Source: Octopus vulgaris (taxonomy: Eukaryota). Taken from it: 64,000 bases of DNA. The stretch lies in NCBI GenBank assembly GCA_951406725.2, contig OX597821.1, positions 34,782,001-34,846,000 of the forward strand, read 5' to 3'. The position numbers and the translations under genes are program-made. The notes beneath the pieces were generated by a model. That model ran no database searches. It worked only from the letters and a program-made list of their open reading frames with translations, and had not been told where the DNA came from. Of the stretch, positions 39,319-52,868 are shown one piece after another. Position 1 is the stretch's first letter; each line of letters begins with the position of its first letter.

Positions 39319-39858
39319 TACATAATAAATAGACTCACTTTACGTCATAAATTCCAGTCAATCGTCCTTACCAATGTTGGCTCAACAGGGTTTAAAATAT
39401 GAATATAAGTGATCACATCAGTTCCAGTGGGTACTTCTTTTAAAGTTGAGCCTCGTGGGAGACAAAGCCAGTTCTTTGTGGTTCAATACTAAACACTGTA
39501 CGGAAGTTTATCGCTTTGTTTTACTATTTTAATATCAACCGTTTTTCTCTAATAGAAAATTAATGAACAAAAATATGCGTGTGTGTGTATATATATTATA
39601 TGATGTTTCTTTTTCAATAGACTAAAACGTTGTTTAGCAGAATTCTCATAGCGTTTGAAGTTCCATTTTCATCATCAAGTATGAATAATCTCTGTTGGAA
39701 TGAAGCTCAATCGATGAAAGGATGAATCAGAATTTCAGTAGACCAAAGGACGATGACAAGACTAAGTATTCTTCAGAACAGCGTAAATTCATCTCCTTAC
39801 GTTTCAAGTTCAAATTCTGTTGAAATCAATTTTACCTTTCATCTATCTATCTATCTGT

Positions 39859-39912
<54 letters not shown>

Positions 39913-40126
39913 GCCTGCCTGTCTGTCTGCCTGCCTGCCACTCTGTCTGTCTGTCTGCCTGCTTGCCAGTCTGTCTGTCTATCTGCCAGTCTGTATGTCT
40001 GTCTGTCTGTCCCTCTGTCTATTTCCCCCTCTCTCCCCCTCTTTGTCCTTTGTTTGAGATTGTTGAAAGGAAGCAGACACACGGCTTTTATTTGGATTGG
40101 AAACAAGGAGAAAATTTAGTCGAGTA

Positions 40127-40322
40127 TACGAGTTGTTGAAGTTTCTGGGTTAGGGTTAGGCTAATTATGATTTCATTCAACATATTTCCCTCCCAGGTTC
40201 ACACACTTATTGCGGCAGTCCTTCAGTTTTTCTAAGCCCTGTAAAAGAACTCGGAAGTTTGGCCTCCAACCAGGCCTTTTGCCACACTCTTGATGCCAAA
40301 AACTTTTCAGCAACCCCTCGTA
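40127..40322. mobile_element. Short mariner-derived MITE remnant
   Basis: The right end AACTTTTCAGCAACCCCTCG|TA is a mariner-type TIR; degenerate left end TACGAGTTGTTGAAG. Confidence 0.55.
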
Positions 40323-41188
40323 TTGATACCAGTATTTTACTAGGATCTTATTTTACTGGGTACGCAAATCGACCTCGGGGTGAATTTAATTTTATATGAA
40401 GAAGCCAGTCTTTACTCTCTTTCTGTGTTTATGATGTTGCCAAGTTCAAAAAACACTTTGATGTCCAAAAGAAAGGGAACGGCCAGGTGAGTTAGTTCTA
40501 AGTTCGTTTGATATGAAGGGTTTTAAAATTATATTCATGCTCTGAGGAAGAAGGACAGTACACATGAACTTTTGCGGGAAGATCTCCTTAGACCGGAGAC
40601 CTGGCGCAATTTCTTGCAATAAAGTGCACTTTATTAAAGGCACTCGAGTAGTTTTAAGTACTTTTTCCTTTGTTTTCTACATGCACCCATCAATTTCAAT
40701 CTCAACAGAAAAAAAACAAACTTTGGTCTGTTTCGCTACACATACCAAAACACCGTGTGTCTCAAAAGAGCTAAAAGGCGGTATGAAATTTCGATGTGCT
40801 CCTTTTTTGTCACAGCAACAACCCATTTCTCGTGGTTTCTTTCACTGTCATTCTCATAAAACCCCACGAAGAAGTCTCTCTATTCATTTTCTCACTGAGG
40901 CATATAAAAAGATAAAATATTTAATATCTAGTCGATCTCAAAAGCATATCCTTGTAATGAAAACACGCTTCCGACTGTCTTTTCCATTGCAAATATGAAT
41001 CGTGTGGTTTCTAATCAAACTATTAATTAATTAAAAAATACAAATAAAAAGTAAACAAATAAAACCATGTTAACGTTAGCACTAATTAGCACTAATGACA
41101 TTATAAAGAAGGCTGGTAAACGTGTGCAAATTAGCTAATTCAGTTAATTATTTTTTAATTAAAAAGAGAAAGGCGAATAGCGTGGTAC

Positions 41189-41314
41189 CTGATGTGTCAC
41201 AATCCATCTCGTCCTCTCCTCTAGGGCAATCCGTTTCATCATCACAGACCCACTTTACTGAAATACATGTTTTGGCGTCGCACTGAAATTCATCCTCTTT
41301 GCATATATTTGTAC
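41189..41314 (-). CDS. Host gene exon: LDL-receptor class A repeat (second in window)
   Basis: ttcacgtcag|GT ACA ... TCA G|gtacca; 126 nt, phase 1-1; [35 protein letters not shown]. Its first two nt complete the sixth Cys codon (T|GT) of the previous repeat. Confidence 0.95.
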
Positions 41315-42671
41315 CTGACGTGAACAAAATTAAGTTGATAATAATTATCAAAAAACATCATTTATCAAAGAAATACAGAAATCAATTCATTAGGAAATAA
41401 TTGCTTAAAAAGTAATTTTCTTTTTAGCGCAGACGTAACTGTGTGTTAAGAAGCCTGCTTTCCAACCACATGGTTCCGAGTTCAGCCCCCACCTTGGTTA
41501 AGTGCCTTTTACTATAATCCCGGCCCGACCAGTGCATTGTGAATGGATTTGGAATACAGAAACTGAATAAAGGCCGTCGTGTGCGTATGTGTACACACGC
41601 ACATATACATACACACACAAACACACACACACACACACACACACACATAAACACACACACACAGTTGAAATTTACAGAAAAACAAAAGACGAAGACAGGT
41701 GTATGAACAACAAGCAGGTGTATTAGTTTGACACTCGGGAAAGTGAGGAAGTCTTTTACGTTTCGAGCCTTCAACCGAAAGGAATAAGAGAAAATAAACC
41801 GAAGGAGAATACTAAAAAACCTTGTGGAATTAAGAATCAAGCATGGTTGGGGAGATAATAAAGTATTGGTGATCCCAAAATGAAAGTGCGCGTGCTTTTG
41901 TATATATATATATTTCGTTTCTGGATTTGGTTTGCAAGATTCTTTATGTGAGTTCGTGTGTTGAAGCATATTCTGTTGTGTTTGGGGAGAGTCATTTTCT
42001 TTTTGTGCCTTATAATTTAATACACCCACTGGTAAAATCTCCACTTATTTCTTATTTTTATTTTCCTAAAATTTTCGTTGCGTCTTGCAATCTTTTCAAT
42101 AGTCTTGACATTTTCGACAGATTCAGTGCTGAGTTGCTGAAGCAGAAATATCGTCATAGAATATATTCTGCTCAATACCACAGTTTTTCTGCTCAGTTAG
42201 TTGGCTTTATCATTTGAATATGTTACTTAGTGGCTGGCATTACATGTGCATCACTGATCATAAGTAAGAGTCGTGGCGGCAAGCATTATATCCATGTGTT
42301 GAAAGGGATTCTTTGGGGTTTGAGCAAACATACGGAAAGCAAAATTTGAAGGAAATATTAGCTCTTTTTCGTACTTTCTAAGGTACAAAAATTGTGTTAC
42401 ACATTGCAATTCCTGGCTTCATTCGTATATGAGAAGGAAAGATAATGTTATGTACATATACAGGGTGCTACACACACACACACACACACGCATATATATA
42501 TATAAAATATTAATCAGCCGAAATTGCGAGGATGATCCGGTTATTGACTGAGGATAAAAAGCTTCGAATGACCCGTTCTTTGTTTTTATTTGTATCGTCT
42601 TTCTGGATGTTTTGTTGTCCCTTTTTGTATCACCTAGTTGTCCGGATGTTTTGCGTTCTTGTCTCATTTTG

Positions 42672-42711
<40 letters not shown>

Positions 42712-42812
42712 CTATTATTCAAGCATAAATTGAAACATTCTTATTCACAAAAATAGGTGCAAATGATGTATAAAGATCCTTAAGATTCTTTCATTTTATT
42801 GTGAACCCTTAA

Positions 42813-43107
42813 CCCTTAAACGGTGGGAAAGGGTTGCATGAATTTATGTGCTAAACGAGCAAAATGTAAAAGAGAAATCTAAGAAAATATTTTTTTCTTC
42901 AAGGTAATTTTTATACTTGTTTTTACTTTGTAAAAGTACAAAAACTATAATAATTCTTAGACTCTTGCATAATAAAAATTACAATCTCATTATCGAAAAG
43001 TGCCATAAAATATTCACTTTCCTTTGCATCCGGTGTGAGAATAAATTCATTTGAGATTTCCGCATTGTACGAATGTGCATCACTTGATGATGTCCGCCGT
43101 TTAAGAG
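42813..43107. mobile_element. piggyBac-like non-autonomous element
   Basis: TTAA|CCCTTAAACGGTGG ... CCGCCGTTTAAGAG|TTAA: TTAA TSD and imperfect TIR of about 14 bp. Confidence 0.75.
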
Positions 43108-43265
43108 TTAATTAAAGATGGCAGCTCAAACAAAACGTGAATACATTGTGGCATTAAAAATGGCTGGTATAAAGCATTATGAGGTGATGAAACAGTTGAG
43201 AAAAAATTAAGGGCAATGGTGAAAGCAAAGTCTGGACATTTTGAATTGTAAATATATGTAAAATA

Positions 43266-44160
43266 TTTCTTTCTTTATTGCCTACAGGGTGCCAAACATA
43301 GAGGAGACTAACAAGGACAAAGGGATTAAGTCGATTACATCTACTCCAGGGTACAACTGGTACTTATTTAATCAACCCCGAAAAGATGAAAGGCAAAGTC
43401 GACCTCGGCGGAATTTGAACTCAGAACGTAGCCGCAGACGAAATACCTATTTCTTAACTACCCACAAGGGGCTAAACACAGTGAGGACAAACAAGGACAG
43501 AAAAACGGATTAAGTCGATTATATCTACCTCAGTGCGTAACTGATACTTGTTTAATCGACCCCGAAAGGATGAAAAGCAAAGTCAACCTCGGCGGAATTT
43601 GAATTCAGAACGTAACTGCAGACGAAATACCTATTTCTATTTTTTTACTACCCTCAAAGGGCTAAACACAGAAGGGACAAACAAGGACAGACATAGGTAT
43701 TAAGTCGATTACATCGACCCCAGTGCGTAACTGGTACTTAATTTATTGACCCCGAAAGGATGAAAGGCAAAGTCAACCTCGGCGGAATTTGAACTCAGAA
43801 CGTAAAGACAGACGAAATACCTATTTCTTTATTACCCACAAGGGGCTTAACACTGGGAGGACAAACAAGGACAGAAAAACGGATTAAGTCGATTATATCG
43901 ACCTCAGTGCGTAACTGGTACTTGTTTAATCGACCCCGAAAGGATGAAAGGCAAAGTCAACCTCGGCGGAATTTGAATTCAGAACGTAACCGCAGACGAA
44001 ATACCTATTTCGATTTCTTTATTACCTACAAGGGGCTAAACATAGAGGGGACAAACAAGGAGAGACATAGATATTAAGTCGATTACATCGACCCCAGTGC
44101 ATAACTGGAACTTATTTAATCGAGCCCGAAAGGATGAAAGGCAAAGTCGACCTCGGCGGA
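43266..44160 (-). repeat. Head-to-tail tandem array of five SINE family-2 units of about 180-190 bp, with A-B-A-B substructure
   Basis: Junction GACGAAAT|ACCTATTTC at about 43445, 43629, 43819 and 44003. Alternate units share diagnostic variants (AAAAACGGATTAAG versus ACATAG.TATTAAG). Confidence 0.9.
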
Positions 44161-44289
44161 ATATACGTGAACTATTGTTAATAAACATAGCAGTCAACCT
44201 GTAGACTTTCATTAACCAAAAACTGAAACTTTTTATTTTATAAAATGAATAATCGGTAAATATATATGCCGTACTCGGTAGGAAGTGAA

Positions 44290-44610
44290 GGCCCCTGGCT
44301 TAGTGATTAGGGGGTAATCGGCTCACGATCGTAAGGTCGTGAGTTAGAAAAGGGGCGATGCGTTGTGTCCTTGAGCAAGACACTTTATTTCACGGTGCTC
44401 CAGTCCACTGAGTTGGCAAAAATGAGTAGTACCTGCAATTCAAAGGGCCAGCCTTGTCACATTCTGTGACACGCTGAATATCCCTGAGAACTACATTAAG
44501 GGTGCATGTGTCTGTGGAGTGCTCAGCCACTTGCACTTTAACATTCACACGCAGGCTATTTCTGTTGATCGGAGATCAATTGGAACCCTCATCGTTGCGA
44601 CAGGTGGAGT
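44290..44610 (+). mobile_element. Degenerate tRNA-derived SINE (head related to family 3, different 3' body)
   Basis: GGCTTAGTGATTAGGG...CACGATCGTAAGGTCGTGAGTT...GTGTCCTTGAGCAAGACACTT. Confidence 0.65.
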
Positions 44611-44762
44611 GTCAATACTCGGCAGGAGTACTTAGAATTAAGACGACGAAGAAATTCGAGACTGTTTGTTTTTAAGCGGACTTGAGTGGCTAAATTAATT
44701 ACCACGTACTTAGTAATTAACAAGAAGTAATAAAAATAAGCAATTGTAACGGTAATACATAC

Positions 44763-44879
44763 AGTTTCGCTCGTCACTTCCATCGACGCAGTCTTTTTGG
44801 CGATCACATAGCCATTCAGGGGATATGCATTTCCCATCGCCGCACGAAATGTTTGAACCTTCGCACTCATGACTCGCTG
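44763..44879 (-). CDS. Host gene exon: LDL-receptor class A repeat (first in window)
   Basis: ttcttttcag|CAG|CGAGT tandem acceptor, donor AAC T|gtatgt; 117 nt, phase 1-1; CEGSNISCGDGKCISPEWLCDRQKDCVDGSDERN(C). Confidence 0.95.
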
Positions 44880-45230
44880 CTGAAAAGAATAAAAACAAGA
44901 ATAACATTATTATATTTAAATAAACATAAAAAATGAAGGAATTACAGAAATGGTAACGATCCACTATATATAGTTAAGCTCGTGTAATAACGAATTTATT
45001 TATGAGGATGAGAGAGAGAGAGAGATTGTAACTCCGAGTATGATTTGATCGAGCAGAGTCACATCTTGAGCAAGCGACTTTAACATTACCCTTATATTGA
45101 TCAATATCTAATGAAAGGGATTTGGTAAAAACTTATACGTGTTCGCGTGCACGTGAGTATCACTGGACGATGTATAGTGACAAAAAATGTTAGCATTGGT
45201 AAGGAAATGCACGAAATGTTTCGAACAATG

Positions 45231-45642
45231 TTTCGGTTTGAACGGCAGTTTTTGACATAATTTCTAGGTAACTAAAAAATTTTAAACTTCGTATACTGGT
45301 AGAATGTGTTTATAAAACATCTTTTTCTCTTGGCTTTATTGAGAAAATTCTATAGTTTGTAAAATATTTGTTGATATTTTTTTCTTCAATTTCTGCAATT
45401 TCAACCAATCACTGACGTCTATTGAGGTAAAAAAACATTCTGTGCCGTATGAATATGTCCCTCGTTTAAGAAACAAATTGGGTTTATTTACATTTGTAAA
45501 GAAAAAAATACCTTCCCTCCCACCCCTAACCCTAACCCTAAAACAGATTGAAATATAATAGATCGATTCTAGGGTCATAATTATGGGTGACAATTTCATA
45601 TAACACCGCTAGAAAAAACTGCCGTTCAAGCCGAAAAGATCC
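45231..45642 (-). mobile_element. TTAGGG-containing MITE (left TIR slightly truncated)
   Basis: Same family as 21251-21681. Confidence 0.88.
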
Positions 45643-46138
45643 GATACCTTATATAGCAATTGCTCCGCCTTATTAAATCGGAAACAGATTGCCATGATAC
45701 ACATAAACCTTCTCGGTAGTTAAATTATTTGGTGAAAAAAATACCACGAAAGCAACTTAAACCGTCTAAAGGACGGGTGCGTTTGCTAGTTATTATATAT
45801 ATATATTCATACATGCAAATTGTATTAAGAGTTGGTAAAATAGGAATTTAGGCTTTGTATCATTCAAGTTTTTCAAAAAAATATTGGTGATTTAAATAGC
45901 TAAGAACGTCGTGAAGGGAATCACCAACGTATTAAAAAGAAGCAAAAAACCATCAATTATCTAAGTAGTAACTATTTTAAGACACAAGTCTTAAAATCTA
46001 GAAGCAGCAGAAGCTACAATTGAAATTAACCGCGTCTTCTATTCAGACACATCTCAGACTATGGTGTCTAACGTCCTTCAGTGTCTTTTTATCTTTGATA
46101 CACTAAAGTGTGGTCTGTCGCACAATTGGCTCAAATCG

Positions 46139-46187
<49 letters not shown>

Positions 46188-46745
46188 GAGTGAGAGAGCA
46201 GTTCATGCCATCAAAGTGACACTGGGGTAAAATATACGAAGCTCAATATACCCATCATGACTACCCGTCTGATAAGGGTATACCAGGCACATGCATCACA
46301 ACCATATGTGCGCGACATAGTGATCTCATATCAAAATAAACAGCACATGACCTTGCTGGTGGGGCCCAGTTAGAATTTTCTTCAGGTTGAGTAGCCCATC
46401 CCGCTCAAACGGTCCCTGAATAAGGGTTGTTGAAGGATGTTGAAAAAACCACCCATGTTTCCAGAGGTGAATTATTCAAACCCCAAAGAATCCCTCTCAA
46501 CAAATGGCTATGATGCTCCCCCACTACTTCTGCTCGTGATCAGAGATGTACATATCATCAGCCACTAAGGGACATGCTCAACTGGTTAAAGTCAAACAAC
46601 TGACAAGCAAATCTGTGGTATTGAGCAGAATATTTGCTGTAGCCCATCTTTTATACCAACACAAAACAATGTACATGATAACACTTCCAATCAGTTAAGA
46701 TCAGAAGCCATGAGAGCCACTGCCTGGTACTGCATCAGGGCATTT
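46188..46745 (-). mobile_element. Interspersed element of about 560 bp embedded in (TAA)n; possible non-autonomous Dong/R4-type derivative
   Basis: Complex, more GC-rich sequence bounded on both sides by (TTA)n; no ORF. Dong elements are known to target TAA repeats; the assignment is inference. Confidence 0.45.
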
Positions 46746-47567
46746 ATTATTATTCTCTTTTACTCTTTTACTTGTTTCAGTCATTTGACTGCGGCCATGC
46801 TGGAGCACCACCTTTTTAGTACTTATTCTATCGGTCTCTTTTTGCCGAACCGCTAAGTGACGGGGACCTAAGCACACCAGCATCGGTTGTCAAGCAATGC
46901 TAGGGGGACAAACACAGACACACAAACACACACACATATACACATATATACATATATAAGACAGGCTTCTTTCAGTTTCCGTCTACCAAATCCACTCACA
47001 AGGCATTGGTCGGCCCGGGGTTATAGCAGAAGACACTTGCCCAAGATGCCACGCAGTGGGACTGAACCCGCAACCGTGTGGTTGGTTAGCAAGCTACTTA
47101 CCACACAGCCATTATTTTTTTCTGTTATGAAGTAACATATGTCTTTATGTTATTTCATAATGTTCTTTCGGTTGTTATGGAGCAACAAAGCTTAAAGCCG
47201 TCGTTAGCAAGAGAGTAATTACTTTGTTAACGAACATGAAAAAAAAAAAAAAAATCAAAGAAATATATACATATAATACTGCTTTGGTGGCTATTGCTTC
47301 TCATTTGTCACATCGTTGTTGTTCATTAACGTGTAAAAAGAAACATTAATCTCATCAGCGGTCGCCGCCACCACCGCCACAGCCACAGCCATCGTCGTGT
47401 TCTTCGTCGTAATCTTTGTTGTTGTTGTTATTTATTCATTGTATTTCCCTCATAATTAAGATACACTAACGCTTTTCTATCGAGTTCATTACCTTACCCG
47501 AACATGATTTATGTGTCATAAACTCATGTCGTTTACCTAGGTTTTAAGTCAACTATGTATGTATGTG

Positions 47568-47820
47568 TGGAGGCGCGTGGCTTAGTGGTTAGGGTGTCAG
47601 CATCGTGATCCTAAGATTGTGGCTTCGATTCCTGGACCAAGCGACGCGTTGTGTTCTTGAGCAAAACACTTCATTTCACGTTTCTCCAGTCCACTCAGCT
47701 GGCAAAAATGAGTAACGCTGCGATGGACTGGCGTTCCGTCCAGCTGGGGAACACATACGCCATTGAAACCGGGAAACCGGGTCCATGAGCCTGGCAAGTC
47801 TTTAAAAGGGCGCATTTATT
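47568..47820 (+). mobile_element. SINE family 3 (V-domain-like), full length
   Basis: GGAGGCGCGTGGCTTAGTGGTTAGGG...TTCGATTCC box A/B; matches 31238-31486. Confidence 0.8.
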
Positions 47821-48194
47821 TTTGCATCTATGTATGTATGTATGTATGTATGTATGTATGTATGTATGTATGTATGTATGTATGTATTAACGTATGTATG
47901 CATGTATGAAAGTATGTATGCATGCATATATGTCTATATGTCTGTATGCACGTATGTATGAATGCATACATGTGTATATGCATCTACGCATCTTTGTATA
48001 CATTTGTCTATTTGTGTATGTATACATGTATGTGTGTATATATGAAACATATTTATGTATAACAAACGCATGGCGTTTGTCTAAGTTTTACACTTAACTG
48101 CATGTATATATACATAAAGTTGTATGTATACGACATAACTATTAATGTATGAATATGGGTATGTACATATATATGTATACATTGAAGCATATAA

Positions 48195-48235
<41 letters not shown>

Positions 48236-48239
48236 TAAA

Positions 48240-48450
48240 AACGGTAAGATAACGAAAGAAAGAAAGAGACCTCAATATTATGTAAATAGAGGAAATTTAT
48301 CTGTAAAATAATATGTGACAATTATTCAATAACCAAGATAAAACTCTGAGTTTCGGATGCCGAGATGGTGTTGTGGATTTCCACCTCGGCATCCGAAACT
48401 CAGAGTTTTATCTTGGCCATTGAATAATTGTCACATATTATTTTACAGAT
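48240..48450. mobile_element. Fold-back element of the 27.2-kb family (arms of about 65 bp; only the 3' half of the hammerhead retained)
   Basis: ATCTGTAAAATAATATGTGACAATTATTCAAT...GTTTCGGATGCCGAG versus CTCGGCATCCGAAACTCAGAG...TCACATATTATTTTACAGAT; flanked by (TA)n. Confidence 0.8.
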
Positions 48451-48922
48451 ATATATATATATGGAGAATTCAGGCCAGTCAGTACATAACAAGGATCTTG
48501 TTGGAGTCAAAGCAGTGCCTGGGATTTTTTAATATACGAATGAGTTACTATATACATATATGTAGGTGTATGTGTGAATAAACTTGATCTCGTATAATTG
48601 TTGTCCGTGTCACTTTAGTACGCAAGTATGTATGTTTTATTACGTATATGCATCTGCATATCCATATGTGTATGCATTTGTGTGCATATCGTTATTCAAG
48701 AAAACTCAAATGGAGAAACTCGGGAGTGTGCTGTAAATTTTCACTTCATTACTGATTGCATTTAGAGCAATGGTTCCTAATGTGAGCAGTACTGCATTCC
48801 CCATCCAACCCTGGGAAGATCCAGGAAAGCGTTGGAGAACAGTGGAATAATAATGGTGGGGCCAAAAGGGGGCAATGGATGTAAGAAAACAACAGAATAA
48901 TGGATTAATTAGGTCAAGTTTC

Positions 48923-49150
48923 GGATCTTTCGGTTTGAACGGCAGTTTTTTTCTAGCGGTGTCATATGAAATTGTCACCCATAATTATGACCCTAGTATC
49001 GATCTATTGCATTTCAATCTGTTTTGGGGTTAGGGTTAGGGGTGGGGGGAAGGGTATCTTTTTTTCTTCACAAATGTAAATAAACCCAATCTGTTTCTTA
49101 AACGAGGGACATATTCATACGGCACAGAATGTTGTTGTTTTTTTACCTCC
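48923..49150 (+). mobile_element. TTAGGG-containing MITE, one-ended fragment
   Basis: One TIR plus the TTAGGG block. Confidence 0.85.
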
Positions 49151-50766
49151 AGTACACCTTTGATAACATGGATAAAATGAAGCGGCGAACTGGCAGAAAC
49201 GTTAGCACGCCGGGCGAAATGTTTAGCGGTATTTCGTTTGTCTTTGCGTTCTGAGTTCAAATTCAGCCGAGGTCGACTTTGCCTTTCATCCTTTCGGGGT
49301 CGATAAATTAAGTACCAGTTGCGTACTGGGGTCAATCTAATGGACTGGCCCCCTCCCCGAACATTTCGGGTCTTGTGCCTATAGTAGAAAGGAATATGGA
49401 CAAAATGAAAATCTATAATCTGTATATGAGGGCCATAGATTTCTCATTTATTCGCTATAGACTTTCTCTTTTTCTCCCATGTATGCATGAGTTTTCCTTG
49501 AATTTCATTTAAGTTCTTGAGAGAGTTCAAGCCGGTCGCTAACAAAGCGACAAGACTTTTTGAGTTAAGAGAGTTCCTGGTGTTTGCAAACATGGAGTTG
49601 AGTTGGTATGCTGGTTGAGCTGTCGATGCATACACCCAAGTAAGTGCATCTATTCACATAAGAATCTCAGATGGAGAATTTTTGCAATGTCTTGCAAATC
49701 TTCATTGTGCCACTAATAGATTGGATTTGGAGAATCCGAGTCAATTTTTATGTATGTATGTATGTATGTATGTATGTATGTATGTATGTATATATGTATG
49801 TATCTTTTACATGCATACATGTACCTATCTATCTATCTATCTACCTGTCTGTCAGTCTTCATTACTCTCTTTTTCTGTGTATCAGTCTAAGATAAAATAC
49901 ATGCACTCCAGCCGCAGCCATTCTGTTTCCTGCTATGGCACAATATATAGTACCTCATGTATCTGCCCCATTTTTTTTTGTAAGCTTATAAGGTGTATAT
50001 GAGGGAAGTTTGACCCCTATTTCTAGCATGTAGAACACCCACGTATCATCTTTGGCCATATCAAAATAATTTCTTAATGTAAACTATTTTTATGTATAAT
50101 ACTTTTGTTTCATATATTACAGTCATAGTAACTGTTCCATGTTAACTGTTCCACAGTATTAAGAAATCCTTTTATGACATCCTCTCGTGGATTTCAGATT
50201 TTATCTTCTTATCTGTTAGGATTTTGTAGCTTAAAGTGTCCTGATTTAATAAATCAATAATTTTTGTTCTGACTATACAGAAAAGCTAATTATTTCAAAT
50301 GTGTGCAAAAGTCGATTATACCGACCCTTGTACTTATTCTTTTCCTTTGTTTTTGGCGAATAAATAATTATCTTGTCTGCTTCAGAAGGATGGAAGGCAA
50401 AGTATTCTTGAACAAGATTAGGAACACACGATATAAAGGGACATAACCATATCTCCTAAGCTATTTTGTTCGACGCTCTACTATTTATACAAGGGAGTAT
50501 TTCATAACCTTATCTGTTGTAACGTCACTACCTTCCGCCATGTAATATATAATAATGGTTTTCACTGTACAAGAAAGCTATAGCTTTTAAAACAAGTGGT
50601 AGAGTCTATAGATTCGACAGCCATACATTAATGGACGTTAATTAGTCAAATCAACAATGGAAAGGTTTATTACTCGAGACAAAGTAAATTTAAATTAATT
50701 TTCTTTTTAATGAATTATTCTGATTTGACACAAACACATAACTACGATGTTCGTAGCATTAGAGAT

Positions 50767-50837
<71 letters not shown>

Positions 50838-52240
50838 CAGAGTTAACGTCTTTTCCCACACTAATCACCAAACTAGTTCTTAACAATAAGTTCATCTATT
50901 GCCACTGAACCAATATTGTGTTGAGACGAGGTTGTATAATCAACCAAACATTCTTTTACTCTTTTATTGGTTTAAGTCATTGAACTGCGACTGTGTCAGG
51001 ACACTATCTACAATGCTGGATTTGATATGTATGTATGTATGTATGTATGTATCTTTGTCCCACCTCCATTGCTTGAAAACCGTTGTTGGTTTGTTTTCGT
51101 CCTCGTCACTTAGTGGTTTGGTGAAAATAACGACAGAATAAGCACCAGGCTTGAAAACAATAAGTACTGGAGCCAGTTTGTTCGACTAAACTCTTCAAGC
51201 GGTGCCGAAAACAAATAAAAAATATATACACACGATTAGTGTTCCATACGGATTCCGGTTTCCATATTCTGCATAAACTGAATATTGGTCAACCAGGGGA
51301 CACAAAAGGATCGAACTCAGAGTTACGCGGTCGTGAAACGATGTTCTAAACAGTAATCAACTATTTTCATTCTCCAAAAGTCGACGCTTTGTGCCAATGC
51401 CAGAACACAATAATAGCATGTATAGCTCTGAGAACGTTGAAGTTACTTCTATAACGCACTCAGATACAGAGACACAAACATAGAAAATCGCACTTATATA
51501 TACAAGAGAAAATATAAACACACGTCCACTCACATCCACACAAATACATTTATACATGCAGATACACTTGTCTACAACACCCCCCAAACATCAGTGATTT
51601 CATAAACGAAACGTATGGTAATTCTAAACTCTTTCATACGCTTCAGAATTTATCTAAAAGTTGAAATGTCATGTCAGAATATCACGTCAACTGAAATCAA
51701 TCATCGTATATATATTGCTAAACATCTTTTATCTCTCCAAATCTGGCAATGTCGTCAAGTGAAAAGTTGCATTCATCGGTGAATTCCTATTGCAAATATA
51801 CGATACAACCAATGTTTCTGTATTTATATTGAAGGAATTGCAACTTCAGTATAAACACAGGAAGTGTTATTCTATAATAGATTCAATACTCATGTTTTCT
51901 TAAATTACTCGTGATATAGATCTCAGCATACGTTTGTATATGTACGGATGCCGAGCAGGGTGTGGGCGATTGGTTGATTAAGTGCGTATTATATATTAAT
52001 TATATATATATATATGATTAATATAATATATATATATGATATAATAAAATATATATATATATGATATAATAAAATATATATATATATGATATAATAAAAT
52101 ATATATATATGATATAATAAAATATATATATATATATGATATAATAAAATATATATATATATATATATAATAAAATATATATATATGATATAATAAAATA
52201 TATATATATGATATAATAAAATATATATATATATATATAT

Positions 52241-52280
<40 letters not shown>

Positions 52281-52348
52281 TATATTTATATAGGTATACA
52301 TACAAACATATATGAATATACATACATACATGTATACATATACTACTC

Positions 52349-52385
<37 letters not shown>

Positions 52386-52417
52386 TACATACACATATAT
52401 ATATTGATATACGCACA

Positions 52418-52578
52418 CAGGCGTGGCTGTGTGGTAAGTAGCTTGCTAACCAACCACATGGTTCCGGGTTCAGTCCCACTGCGTGGCATCTTGGGCAAGT
52501 GTCTTCTGCTATAGCCCCGGGCCGACCAATGCCTTGTGAGTGGATTTGGTAGACGGAAACTGAAAGAAGCCTGTCGTA

Positions 52579-52641
<63 letters not shown>

Positions 52642-52868
52642 TTGTGTGTCTGTGTTTGTCCCCCTAGCATTGCTTGACAACCGATGTTGGTGTGTTTACG
52701 TCCCCGTTACTTAGCGGTTCGGCAAAAAGAGATCGATAGAATAAGTACTGGGCTTACAAAGAATAAGTCCCGGGGTCGATTTGATCGACCAAAGGCGGTG
52801 CTCCAGCATGGCCGCAGTCAAATGACTGAAACAAGTAAAAGAGTAAATGAGTAAAGAGTAAAGAGTAT
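52418..52868 (+). mobile_element. SINE family 1, full length
   Basis: High identity to other copies. Confidence 0.88.

Noticed and set aside
40446-40998. 144-aa plus-strand ORF in unique sequence
   Set aside because: No motif or splice support; it lies antisense within the host intron.
43266-44160. Regularly spaced repeats that could suggest a CRISPR array
   Set aside because: Whole ~185-bp units repeat with no unique spacers; SINE-derived, eukaryotic context, no cas genes.
47568-47640. tRNA genes at SINE heads (also about 54585-54656)
   Set aside because: Box A/B present but no full cloverleaf, and the sequence continues into SINE bodies.
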